DNA of 64,000 nucleotides from Escherichia coli (GTDB lineage Bacteria; Pseudomonadota; Gammaproteobacteria; Enterobacterales; Enterobacteriaceae): NCBI RefSeq assembly GCF_030384885.1, contig NZ_CP128613.1; one strand, 5' to 3'. Shown piece by piece: positions 13,957 to 24,095 of this stretch (position 1 is its first letter; each line of letters starts with the position of its first letter). The notes under the pieces were generated by a model. It saw only the letters and a program-made list of their open reading frames with translations, ran no database searches and was not told where the DNA came from. The position numbers and the translations under genes were made by a program.

Positions 13957-16263
13957 TCAATACAACTCATCAAGTTTTCTCATCGCTTGTTCCCGTATTG
14001 CGCGCGTCTTACCGTTAAGCGCCAGCTGGCGAACTAAATCCAGTTCAGGGTTAACAAGCTCTAACGCCAGCAAAGGATCACGTTTCAGCCTCGCCTTTAA
14101 TACATCAACTGGAAAACGGGGATTATTCATCGCCACAATCCACCACTCGGGATCAATTTCTGCCGCCAGTACTGCAGGCGGTGTGTGGCGGTTGTTAAGT
14201 GCGCCGAACTTGAAAAATGTGAGATTGCTTTTCGCCAGTGTACTCCACCATATACGATCCGGTTGTTTTGCCAGTACATCCAGTTGTGCTAACGCATCGG
14301 GGTCGAGTGCATAATAAACACGTAACGCTTCGTTAACCTGCGCACGGGAACTGTTTTCCTGCCTCAGAAAAAACTTCGCCCAAATATCATTGCGTGGCGT
14401 GTTTTGCTGTAATTCCTTGAGAACAACAGCGGGTAAATTATCCCAACTAATTAATGCACTCTCTAAAAAGTCCCAGTCGTCCGAACGTATCAGAGAGGTG
14501 GCATTTAATAGCATCTGGTCATCAACTTCACCGTAGCTGATAAGCTCAGACAAAATCATATCAGCGCTGGTTTCATATGCATCTGAGTCTGCTTTGGGAT
14601 TATTTTTCCGATGCGATAAAGCACGTTGCCAAATTTTTTGTTTCATCGACGTGCTCAGATACTGATTTTTCGCCAGATTACTCCAACCCTCAGGATCGTT
14701 GAAACGTGTCAATAACCGTTGTAGAGCAGCGTCAGAGTGAATTTCCTGCATATCCCGACAGCAAAAGTAGGCAGGGGATTTTTTCTCCATCCTTTTAACA
14801 AAATTAAACTGTAAGTTATCTGGCAATGCTAAAAATAACACACGTATTAGATCATCGTCATTCTCGAATTTTTGGTATAAATATACTGCAACTTTGTCAC
14901 TCTCTTGTGGCGTCATCCGCAACAATTGACCATGGTGTTTCATCTCTGCCAGCTTTGACGCTAAGCTTGTGACAACATCGTTTGATGAATCGTTCGCCAA
15001 CTGCATTGCCTGATTGTAGGTGAGTTGTCCTCCAGCACCGACCTGACGAATAGAGGGATCATCACTGCGGATATAGCCATCAATAATGGATTCGGGCAAT
15101 AACCACGCATCTTTATAAAGCTCCTGAATGATCATATCCCAATCTCTTTTCGCCAGAGTCATGACGATATCCAGAGGGAGATTTTCACGTAGCGCAAGAT
15201 TCAACGGACCGACACCATCAGGTAGATGACTCATTCGCGTCATTATTTCGACAGAGAGCGGTTCACGGTCGAGCAACCCCAGAACAACAGGCTGGTAACC
15301 CAATTGCTGATCGGTCAACTCCAGAATCTCATTGTCAGGCATATATCTCGCCATACTTTCAATCGTTTGTCCATCATTGCTATTAATAAGTTGTTTGCGT
15401 AGGTTAGCTGAAATTCCTTTAATCCTTGGGAGAGTTCGCATTATGGCAAGATCAAATGTCGCAATATCTCGTCCTTCAAATGCAGCAACGTTGCCTTCAT
15501 CCAGCATTTGCAATTCCTGCACTAACTCAGGAGAAGGCTTAGGGCGAAACAGCGCTTCTTTTTTCATCAGACTACAGATATTCCCTGCCATGCGAATATT
15601 GCTTCGCTTAAAAATTTCTTTCAGAGCATCTTCATCATTTATTAGACCCCAATAATATGCATCAGGATTTATTATCATCAGCGCTTTTTTGACATTTTCA
15701 GTGTCATTTTTGTCACTCGCACGGACCATGAATTCACTATTTGTCGAAGACGCAACAACAGGTGCAATTATGTCATTGATAAATATCCCTCGCGCATTAA
15801 TACTCCCCTTAATCGTAGACGGATTATCGTAATATGAGTCGATAAATACCAGTCCACTTGCATTTATCGAACCGGTAATTAACAGTGGTGAATCCGTAAC
15901 TATATTCGTTGCCGTCACGTTACCGAGAATAACCCATGGATTAGAAAGAGATAAAGTGGAAATATTACCTTTGACTGTCAAATTGCCAAGAACAATCAAT
16001 TTTTGATTACTCTCTATATTACCGTCTACCACTAAATCGCCACGATGCACTTTCCAGTCCGATGCAGATAAACCGAAGGGGACAAGGTTCACGCTACTGT
16101 TGATAGCTTGTTCAACTTGTTGTTTATCTTCAGCGGTAGCCGCAGAAAAAAATGGTTCAATATCAACTGCATTTGCAACACATCGAAGGTCCGCCTGTAC
16201 TGGAAGACTCAGCATAAACAGGGGAAGTAAACCTATCCAGCTGCAAATCCTGGGCTTAAACAT
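13957..16263 (-). CDS. ydbD: uncharacterised secreted protein YdbD
   Basis: About 768-aa ORF with N-terminal signal peptide (ICSWIGLLPLFMLSLPVQA); syntenic with K-12 ydbD. Confidence 0.8.
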   Translation of the reverse strand: MFKPRICSWIGLLPLFMLSLPVQADLRCVANAVDIEPFFSAATAEDKQQVEQAINSSVNLVPFGLSASDWKVHRGDLVVDGNIESNQKLIVLGNLTVKGNISTLSLSNPWVILGNVTATNIVTDSPLLITGSINASGLVFIDSYYDNPSTIKGSINARGIFINDIIAPVVASSTNSEFMVRASDKNDTENVKKALMIINPDAYYWGLINDEDALKEIFKRSNIRMAGNICSLMKKEALFRPKPSPELVQELQMLDEGNVAAFEGRDIATFDLAIMRTLPRIKGISANLRKQLINSNDGQTIESMARYMPDNEILELTDQQLGYQPVVLGLLDREPLSVEIMTRMSHLPDGVGPLNLALRENLPLDIVMTLAKRDWDMIIQELYKDAWLLPESIIDGYIRSDDPSIRQVGAGGQLTYNQAMQLANDSSNDVVTSLASKLAEMKHHGQLLRMTPQESDKVAVYLYQKFENDDDLIRVLFLALPDNLQFNFVKRMEKKSPAYFCCRDMQEIHSDAALQRLLTRFNDPEGWSNLAKNQYLSTSMKQKIWQRALSHRKNNPKADSDAYETSADMILSELISYGEVDDQMLLNATSLIRSDDWDFLESALISWDNLPAVVLKELQQNTPRNDIWAKFFLRQENSSRAQVNEALRVYYALDPDALAQLDVLAKQPDRIWWSTLAKSNLTFFKFGALNNRHTPPAVLAAEIDPEWWIVAMNNPRFPVDVLKARLKRDPLLALELVNPELDLVRQLALNGKTRAIREQAMRKLDELY

Positions 16264-16326
16264 ATGCACTCCATGCCATTAAAAAAGAAACAAAAGGGAA
16301 ATGCATCTTTCCCTTTTGTATATTCG

Positions 16327-17187
16327 TTATTCTCGCGAAATACCGTCCAACGTAGACAACACGTCCGCAGAAAGATGCAATTTTTCTGCGGCCATATTCT
16401 CCCGTAAATGAGCAACAGAAGACGTTCCTGGGATCAGCAAAATATTCGGTGAACGTTGTAACAGCCACGCCAGCGCCACCTGCATTGGTGTTGCACCCAG
16501 GCTCGCAGCAACATCGGAAAGCGTGGAGGATTGCAGCGGCGTAAAGCCCCCGAGCGGAAAGAACGGCACGTAGGCAATGCCGTCACGAGCCAAAGCATCA
16601 ATCATTGCGTCATCAGCACGATGAGCAATGTTGTATTCGTTCTGCACACAGACGATTTCGGTAATCTTACGCGCCTCTGCAACCTGCGTCGTTGTTACAT
16701 TGCTCAGGCCAATATGTTTTACCAGGCCTTGTTGTTGCATCTCTGCCAGCACGGTCAGGCTGGCTTCAATCGATCCTTCCGCTGGGCCATGACCATCCCC
16801 CATCATAACGCGCAGGTTAACCACATCCAGTACGTCCAGCCCGAGATTACGTAGATTATCGTGCACCGCTTTTTGCAGCTCTGCCGGAGAAAATGCGGGC
16901 AACCAGGATGCGTTCTCTCCACGCCGCGCACCAATTTTAGTGACAATTGTCAGATCGTCAGAGTAAGGATAAAGCGCTTCGCGGATAATCTGATTGGTGA
17001 CGTGCGGACCATAAAAGTCACTGGTATCAATGTGATTGACGCCCAATGCTAGCGCCTCGCGCAGAACGGTTATAGCGACGTGGCGATCTCTGGGCGGGCC
17101 GAAAACCCCAGGACCTGCCAGTTGCATCGCGCCATAACCAAGACGGTTAACGGATTTTGTACCGAGAGTAAATGTGTTGCTGCTCAT
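16327..17187 (-). CDS. ydbC: aldo-keto reductase YdbC
   Basis: 286-aa ORF with aldo-keto reductase family features (LGVNHIDTSDFYG). Confidence 0.88.
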   Translation of the reverse strand: MSSNTFTLGTKSVNRLGYGAMQLAGPGVFGPPRDRHVAITVLREALALGVNHIDTSDFYGPHVTNQIIREALYPYSDDLTIVTKIGARRGENASWLPAFSPAELQKAVHDNLRNLGLDVLDVVNLRVMMGDGHGPAEGSIEASLTVLAEMQQQGLVKHIGLSNVTTTQVAEARKITEIVCVQNEYNIAHRADDAMIDALARDGIAYVPFFPLGGFTPLQSSTLSDVAASLGATPMQVALAWLLQRSPNILLIPGTSSVAHLRENMAAEKLHLSADVLSTLDGISRE

Positions 17188-17316
17188 CGCACCCTGCCCT
17201 GTAATAAAACGGATTAAGAAAAATCAGTATAGAAACGAAAAGAGTTAAATAATGCGAAGGCGTAAACAAGATTACTGGATGAGTTCCTCTATTGTCCTGA
17301 AAAACACCAAAACAAA

Positions 17317-17341
17317 ACGCGTCAAGCGCCGCATCCGGCAA
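17317..17341. repeat. REP (repetitive extragenic palindrome) unit
   Basis: gcgtcaagcgccgcatccggca matches the REP consensus core GCCGGATGCGGCG in reverse orientation. Confidence 0.6.
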
Positions 17342-17380
17342 TAAAAAACCGCAACCTGTATCAGCGTTGCGGTTTATGCA
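17342..17380 (-). terminator. rho-independent terminator downstream of ydbA
   Basis: Hairpin ccgcaac...gttgcgg followed on the minus strand by a T-run (A7 on the plus strand). Confidence 0.6.
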
Positions 17381-17394
17381 TCACATACTAAAAA

Positions 17395-20300
17395 TTAGAA
17401 CGTTTTCTTGAAGTTCAGCATCACACCTTTATCGCTGATACCATCCTCTTTCCAGTGGTAAGCATCCAGATTCAGCGAGCTCTCTTTGCTGCTGTACTTC
17501 ACGCCGACGCTTGCCAGGCTGTTGATACCGCCGCCCTTTTGCCCATCATCGACATTAAAGTGCTGGCTGCCTGCGCCTGCCAGGCTTGCCGTGCGCTGGC
17601 TCTTCGTGTAGCTCAGGTTTGGCCCACCTTCCAGCGTGGCGTTCGCACTCCAGCCGTCTTTGCCTGCGTAGTCCAGCTTCAGCCCAACGATGCTGTCCAC
17701 CGCCGTTTCGCTGCCGCTGTTCATACTCAGGTTAAAGTCTCCGGCATTACGCTCCTGATAACCGCCTTCCAGCGTGTGACGCAGTTTCACACTCGCATAT
17801 GGCGTGATTTTCAGCCCTTCGCGCGGTTCAAAGGTTTTCGCCCCTTCGCTGCGGAACTCCAGGTACTGCTGTTTCACATTCGTGTCTGCCGTCTTACTGA
17901 TGTCGCCGTAAGCCACCGAACGGCTGCTGTCCAGTTGGTGGATATCGTAACGCAGCGCGTTATTCCAGCTCATACCGTTGTCAAAGGACATCTGATGCTT
18001 CAGGCCAAAGAACTGGCTGTAGCCGCCTGTAACACCGTTATCACCCGCTTTCTGCGCACCGTCGCCGTCCAGACGGGCGATACCGTACTCCAGGCTCATG
18101 GTCTGGTTTTCGCTCAGGTCGAGGGTTTTGCGCAGCGCCAGCATGTCGTACTCGGTATTATTCCCCAGCTCTGCACGCGGATCGCCTTTCGCCACCACGT
18201 TAAATGCCAGACCGTTGCCCATCTTCGGTGCGGCGTCTGCCAGCATACTAAAGCGATTGCTTAACACACGCGCTTCGCGGAATACCGTGGTCGCCTGGCT
18301 ACCGCTAATTTGCTTAAGTGCGCTGTTCAGCTCTGCAGTGGTGCCGACGTTCAGACTGGTATACAGCTCATTGTTGGTGTAACCCGCATCCAGCGCTTTT
18401 GCCACGTCATTCACTGAGGCATCCGTCGCCACATCGGTGTAGGCTTTTTTGCTCATGGTCACGTCAACGTTGCCGCTGGCGTCGGTACTGCCTGTCGCCT
18501 GCCAGACAACAGATGTCGAAGTGATCGCTTGCGCATCGGTCAGGTTGCTGCCTTGCACCACATCATCAAAGCTGACGGTTTTGTCCACCGTTCCCGCCGC
18601 AAAAGCGGTGTTGATCTCCACGCCATTCATACTGGCGTTATTGACCATCAGCTTACCGGCGCTACCGTCGGCGTTCGTCCCCACCACGTAACCATTGAGG
18701 TTGTTCATGCCATCGTTGCGGCTAACGGAAGAAGAATGGCTGCCGTCGTATGGCGTAATGGTGGGTTCTTCCGGCGCGGTAAAGTCGACATAGTGTACTT
18801 CCGTACCGTCTCCCCCTTCGCCACTGCCCTCTATCGGCGTGCCAGATTGTTTAATCAATCCGGAACCATTCACGTTGTCGTCAATATAAACAGTGCCGTT
18901 GTTAACAATATGACCATTGCTCCCGAGCTTGCTGAAGGCGAAGGAGTTATTGGCGTAGATATTAATCGTACCGTTGTTTTCAACCACACCATCCGCTTTG
19001 GCGTCCGATGCTAATTGCATCCCAATCATGCCTGTTTGTGTCGTGCCTTCGCTGCCGACATTGATGGTGCCATTGTTAACCATTTTTGCGCTGCCGTGCG
19101 CATTCATGGCGATGGTATTATTTTTATCAATATTGATAGTGCCATCGTTAATTGCCCGGCTACCGGCGTTATTATTTGACGTCGTAACCTGGCCGTTAAT
19201 CACACCTGTCGTACCGTTATACAATGTATGCCCATTACCGCCGGTAGCGATATCAGCATCCCCATTCACTGTACCCCAGTTGTTGAAATGCCCAGCCCAA
19301 AGTCCGTTATCAAGAAGATCGACAACACCACCGTCCAGGTTATTGAAGGTCGCGTTTTTATCAACCGAACCACTATGAACCGTTCCTGCGTTATTGAATG
19401 TGGCTGCGGCAGAAAAATTCACTTTATTGACCGTTCCACCCGCTTCGTTATTCATCACGGCAGAAGCAGAGGCTCCCTTCCATGCTGTTACCGTCCCGGC
19501 GTTATAAAACGTACTGGCCCATTGTTCAACAGTGTTGATAGTGCCGGAGTTGTTGATAACAGAACCCGCAACGGTTGTACCTACTTGCCCGGTCACTACA
19601 CCTTCGTTAGTAAACACGCCGCCATCCACAGAAACGGTTTTTGTCGTGCCCTGGTTGGTGTATTCCCCACCCGTTGCAATATCAACCTCGTTTATACTGC
19701 CCGTGGTTTCATTGACCAGATGACCAAAGTCAGCCACGGTGACAGGCCCTCCGGTTACGGTACCCGCGTTGGTTACCAGGGTTTCAGCGGTCGCTATCAT
19801 ATCAGTAGAACCACCGGATGAAGACAGGTTAAGCGTCTCCCCCTCGGCCGTAATGATATCGCCGTTTCTCCAGCTTAATGAAACGAACCCATCAGTCGGG
19901 TTATAGGCGTTACTGTCCTGGCATATACCAAAAGTACAGATGGTTCCGTAATTAACGATAGTCCCGCTGCCATCGTTATAGAATGCCTGCCCGTTTTCAG
20001 CATTGATATTGATGATGCCCGTCTGGTCATTAACTGCGGTACCGCCACTATAAACTGCCATACCAACGAGTTTATTCGCCCCCAGGCTGCCATCAAAGTT
20101 CTCATTCTTCTCGAGGTTGATGGTACCCTGATTAACCACCGTATTATCGGTACCGTATGCTGCCATCCCAGCACCTGCATTATAGATAGTGATAGTACCT
20201 GACTGCTGGTTAAGCGCGGTAGCATTTTGCCTTGCGCCACCATAACTGTCCGTTCCTACCGCCATGCCGACACCATAATTTTTTGCATTGCTGCTGCCGA

Positions 20301-22932
20301 TATCGTTGCGTAAGGTGGTGGTATCGTTTTCATCTACCCAGATCGTATCCAGGGTAATCTGGCCTGCATTTGTTACAGTCGAATGATTAATCGCCAGCAT
20401 ACCGACATTACCCCGGCCATACATATCAATAACGCCATTCGCACCATTTAGCGCTGAACCATTATCCTGAGCAGTCATGCCCGTCATACTAACAACGCCA
20501 CTATTAAAAACCGTGGGATCGCTCAATGACAAAGCATTGAACATATTCAAAACGCTATACTGTTCCATCACTTTAGCCGTAATGGTACCGTTATTCACCG
20601 CCGTCCCACCTTCGGAGCTAAAGAAGGCTTTATTACCGGATTCCGGCGATACATCAATTGCGGATGAGTAATCATATTGCTCAAGTAAAACATTACCGTT
20701 ATTCGTTGCAACGGAACCCGTACCCGATATATTGGTAAACCCCATATTCCAGAGCTCAACAAACCCGTTATTGATAACTTGTGACCCTGAACTGACGCTA
20801 AGTATTTCTGATGGGTTATTGCCATAATGCGCGTAAACGTCAATATCCTTCATACTGAAGGTCGCATCCTCCGTGATTTCAAGAAAAGCATTATTGCTTA
20901 CCTGAATAATATTTGCATAGCCCAGCGGAAATTGACCGCTGACTGAGGAGTCTCCTCCCAGATAAACCGACGAATGACCATCAACCTTAATGAGCGGAAT
21001 ATCACCATAGCCCGTACGACTTGCGGCTGGGACTGAACCATCCGTCATAGCCGATGCTTCACCGAAAAGTTGAATACCCCCCCGTAAGGTAACGCTATTT
21101 TCATCCCCTGAAATCACCAACCCACTGATGTTTTCTTGGCTACCATTGACAGTACTATAGGTGTGATGCGCAAGTTCGCTATCAACCTTCAATGTTAACT
21201 GACCATCCAGCGTCAGGTCATTATTGTTACCCGAAACACGAATACCTACGGAAGAATCGAAAAAGTGTTCTGCTGCATTATCAGTCGTCTGATCTTTATC
21301 CACCATAATATTACCGGTAATTTCAACTTCATTGCCATCACCGGCCACATTTACCCCTGTAGCAACACTGCCAGTCACATTAAGCTCATTCGTTGCCAGC
21401 GTCATGGTGTTATTATTTCCAGACACATCCAGACCGGTTGAATAATCCCCAACATCCATACGGCCAGCCAGAGAAATTTCGCCCCCATCTCCAACAACGC
21501 GAATCCCGGTACTGGCATTTCTGGCAGTGATATCCCCCACATTGATAAGAGTAGAATGATTACCCTCAATCAGAATCCCTGTCGCATTGGCCTCTGAACT
21601 ACCATTACTGACGGAAATATCCCCCCTGTTAATGAACGTCGACGCATCACCACTGAGAGAAACACCCAGCGAATTTTCATCCACGACCGTTATATTGCCT
21701 TTGTTGCTGACGATCGCGCCATTACCCTCAACATCAATACCCCGAGCAGCATTGCTAACGTATAAATCCCCTTCCTGTATAACCGTCGCATTATTACCAA
21801 CGATTTTGCTGCCCGTTGAATTTTGCCCATCAACCGTCATATGTCCTTTATTATCGGTCCTGACATCATTACCGATAATAAGGGCCCCTGTTCCACCATT
21901 ATTGACGGTGGAGTCGCCAGTGTTATTTAAGATTGTACGATCGCCATTAACGATAACCGCCGTGCCAGCATCGACCACCGTCTGACCGTTATTATTAATG
22001 GTTATATTATCGCCGGTCAGGATACCGACCACCGAATCTTCACCGACAGCCTCTGTTTTACCCTCGTTTGTCAGCGCAATGTTGTCACCATTAATCATCA
22101 TCACTGTACCGCCATTCAGGGCCGTGTTGCCGCCCTGGTCAGTGATAATTGCATCATTAACGGTAATTATTCTGCCCGTTGTTCCATCAGACACGACGCT
22201 GGCTAACTGTGTGACGTGGAGTTTACCTTCGTCATCATAGCGCCATTCCGTATCACCAGTGGTACTCACTCCACTAAAGATGGCGGTATGAGTCTCTTCA
22301 TGGTTTTCCCACTCAGTCACAATGGTTTTTCGGCCATCTTTTGCCGTCAGCGTGTAGCTACCATCTTCATTTTGGGTATAAGTGAACGTCGCCCCGCGAA
22401 TCTTCAAGGTTTGCGCGTCCTTGTCCCATGTCACATTGTTTTCAAAGACAACGGGTTCTGTTCTCGGGGGGTCAACATCATCATCGCTATTGTCGGGTGG
22501 AGTAACATCACCGCCTTTATCTGGGGGGGTAACATCATCGGCGTTATCTGGCTTTACAGGTATATCTGAATCTTCATCACTGGGAAGGGGTGGCGGTAGA
22601 GAGCCATTATCATCTGGCGGTATGGGCTGGGAAAAAGAAGAGTGAGCAGAATGATCATTGTCATGAGACAATTCAATCACTGCGAGTGTTGCCAGTACCG
22701 CCGTGGCACCTAATGCCAGTAACGAGCTGAAACCATTATTTGTAACAACAGCACATTTTTCTGGCACTGTTTTCAACTTCATTGACGGTCGGGCGTGCCC
22801 TTCTGACTGACATGTCATTTGAGAGCTTCTGCGCATACTGTCTGCACTCTCGCCTTCTGTTATTTCCGCCCCCCAGCTTTGGCCACTTAACGCTATAGCG
22901 ATACACGCTGATAATAACGTTTTCTTTTGCAT
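17395..22932 (-). CDS. ydbA: autotransporter adhesin YdbA, intact 1845 aa
   Basis: Signal peptide, Pro/Asp-rich linker, long Gly/Asn/Thr-rich beta-helix-like repetitive passenger, C-terminal beta-barrel ending in F (…MLNFKKTF). Confidence 0.85.
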   Translation of the reverse strand: MQKKTLLSACIAIALSGQSWGAEITEGESADSMRRSSQMTCQSEGHARPSMKLKTVPEKCAVVTNNGFSSLLALGATAVLATLAVIELSHDNDHSAHSSFSQPIPPDDNGSLPPPLPSDEDSDIPVKPDNADDVTPPDKGGDVTPPDNSDDDVDPPRTEPVVFENNVTWDKDAQTLKIRGATFTYTQNEDGSYTLTAKDGRKTIVTEWENHEETHTAIFSGVSTTGDTEWRYDDEGKLHVTQLASVVSDGTTGRIITVNDAIITDQGGNTALNGGTVMMINGDNIALTNEGKTEAVGEDSVVGILTGDNITINNNGQTVVDAGTAVIVNGDRTILNNTGDSTVNNGGTGALIIGNDVRTDNKGHMTVDGQNSTGSKIVGNNATVIQEGDLYVSNAARGIDVEGNGAIVSNKGNITVVDENSLGVSLSGDASTFINRGDISVSNGSSEANATGILIEGNHSTLINVGDITARNASTGIRVVGDGGEISLAGRMDVGDYSTGLDVSGNNNTMTLATNELNVTGSVATGVNVAGDGNEVEITGNIMVDKDQTTDNAAEHFFDSSVGIRVSGNNNDLTLDGQLTLKVDSELAHHTYSTVNGSQENISGLVISGDENSVTLRGGIQLFGEASAMTDGSVPAASRTGYGDIPLIKVDGHSSVYLGGDSSVSGQFPLGYANIIQVSNNAFLEITEDATFSMKDIDVYAHYGNNPSEILSVSSGSQVINNGFVELWNMGFTNISGTGSVATNNGNVLLEQYDYSSAIDVSPESGNKAFFSSEGGTAVNNGTITAKVMEQYSVLNMFNALSLSDPTVFNSGVVSMTGMTAQDNGSALNGANGVIDMYGRGNVGMLAINHSTVTNAGQITLDTIWVDENDTTTLRNDIGSSNAKNYGVGMAVGTDSYGGARQNATALNQQSGTITIYNAGAGMAAYGTDNTVVNQGTINLEKNENFDGSLGANKLVGMAVYSGGTAVNDQTGIININAENGQAFYNDGSGTIVNYGTICTFGICQDSNAYNPTDGFVSLSWRNGDIITAEGETLNLSSSGGSTDMIATAETLVTNAGTVTGGPVTVADFGHLVNETTGSINEVDIATGGEYTNQGTTKTVSVDGGVFTNEGVVTGQVGTTVAGSVINNSGTINTVEQWASTFYNAGTVTAWKGASASAVMNNEAGGTVNKVNFSAAATFNNAGTVHSGSVDKNATFNNLDGGVVDLLDNGLWAGHFNNWGTVNGDADIATGGNGHTLYNGTTGVINGQVTTSNNNAGSRAINDGTINIDKNNTIAMNAHGSAKMVNNGTINVGSEGTTQTGMIGMQLASDAKADGVVENNGTINIYANNSFAFSKLGSNGHIVNNGTVYIDDNVNGSGLIKQSGTPIEGSGEGGDGTEVHYVDFTAPEEPTITPYDGSHSSSVSRNDGMNNLNGYVVGTNADGSAGKLMVNNASMNGVEINTAFAAGTVDKTVSFDDVVQGSNLTDAQAITSTSVVWQATGSTDASGNVDVTMSKKAYTDVATDASVNDVAKALDAGYTNNELYTSLNVGTTAELNSALKQISGSQATTVFREARVLSNRFSMLADAAPKMGNGLAFNVVAKGDPRAELGNNTEYDMLALRKTLDLSENQTMSLEYGIARLDGDGAQKAGDNGVTGGYSQFFGLKHQMSFDNGMSWNNALRYDIHQLDSSRSVAYGDISKTADTNVKQQYLEFRSEGAKTFEPREGLKITPYASVKLRHTLEGGYQERNAGDFNLSMNSGSETAVDSIVGLKLDYAGKDGWSANATLEGGPNLSYTKSQRTASLAGAGSQHFNVDDGQKGGGINSLASVGVKYSSKESSLNLDAYHWKEDGISDKGVMLNFKKTF

Positions 22933-23578
22933 GAGAAATCCTTTTCAATGAATGACATTTCAAATAATAAAATATGAGTAACAGATAAGAAATAGCCACA
23001 GGCTGTGTCATGATTTAATGTCTGCTCTTGAAATTTTATTTAGCAATCCCAGAACATTCAACTTAATTAGTATTTCGAAACCTCAATGCAGACACATAAA
23101 AAACAAATTATTCGATTACTTAGGCTATTTGTTGCATTAATACACATCCTCTAACAATAATCAGACAAAAAGCAATGTCAGCGTCAAATTGGGTAGCTGA
23201 TTCATATTACTGATCACTCCGTAAATTCATTCATCGTGAAAATATTAACATTTAAACCATGTTCCATTTAATCAACCCACTGAAAATCTGGAGGTTATCT
23301 ACTGCGGTTTGTTGTTGACTGCCCCTGATAGGATTACCAGGCGTTGACAGAAGATGAGGCTTGCAAGATGCTAAAAACAATGTGGTGTTACAAGCAATCC
23401 CATAAACCTCGTAACTTCACTTAAATGAGCGATGCCGTCCATATTTGGGTTGACTATAAAAATCCTTAATATTGAGGTTGATGATGATATTCATGATGGC
23501 GTTGGAAAAATAGGACACCCATAAAATATCTATACAGCCTTTAAATTAAATCATTGAAATATCGCTGTTGCATAGTGC

Positions 23579-23905
23579 TTATTTTTGCAACCATTTTCCG
23601 TTAATTCCCTGCACATATTCCCCCGGTTTGGCCCGAGCTACAAGCTTTTGTCCGGCAAGCTTCGCGATATCATCTACCGATACATTATTTTGCTTTGCCA
23701 GTTGTTGATAACTCACTTTACGTGCGGCATTAATCTCGGTTACTAATTTCTCTGTTTCAGCATCCGTTTTCAACGCAACCAAATAACCATAAAATGTTTC
23801 ACCTACCCGCCCCTGAGTTCTGGCTTCATCCAGAGTCAATGCCATTACATTGCTGCTTACCAGCCCAACAAGAAACGCACAAAGAAGTAATGTTTTCTTC
23901 ATCAT
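23579..23905 (-). CDS. ydbL: DUF1318 periplasmic protein YdbL
   Basis: 108-aa ORF starting at the signal peptide MKKTLLLCAFLVGLVSSNVMA; the listed ORF carries a 26-codon upstream extension. Confidence 0.85.
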   Translation of the reverse strand: MMKKTLLLCAFLVGLVSSNVMALTLDEARTQGRVGETFYGYLVALKTDAETEKLVTEINAARKVSYQQLAKQNNVSVDDIAKLAGQKLVARAKPGEYVQGINGKWLQK

Positions 23906-23909
23906 CGCC

Positions 23910-24095
23910 TCAGAAAAGATCGCTACGAGTTTCAAGCAGCTCTTCGACATCTTTGTCTGCCTTGATGATGATCTCATGCTCAATTTTAACGTTCATATTG
24001 ATAGTGATCGGTTCCTTAGGTGCAGCGACTTCAATGCGAGGCGTACAGCCAACCAGCATAAAAGATGACGTCAACGCAGCCAGTAAAATTTTCAT
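23910..24095 (-). CDS. ynbE: lipoprotein YnbE
   Basis: 61-aa ORF with lipobox LVGC; stop/start overlap with ydbH. Confidence 0.85.
   Translation of the reverse strand: MKILLAALTSSFMLVGCTPRIEVAAPKEPITINMNVKIEHEIIIKADKDVEELLETRSDLF

Noticed and set aside
17455-19821. Several long plus-strand ORFs (269, 161, 134 and 197 aa) inside the ydbA region
   Set aside because: They are antisense to the ydbA coding sequence, which is GC-rich and repetitive and therefore stop-codon-poor on the opposite strand; no start context and no recognisable protein features.
17395-22932. Possibility that the ydbA repeats are a CRISPR array or tandem-repeat satellite
   Set aside because: The repeats are imperfect and in frame, encoding beta-helix passenger repeats within one continuous ORF; there are no regular direct repeats with unique spacers and no cas genes nearby.
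22736-23011. 91-aa minus-strand ORF spanning the ydbA start region
   Set aside because: It overlaps the ydbA N-terminus out of frame and extends into AT-rich promoter DNA; likely spurious.
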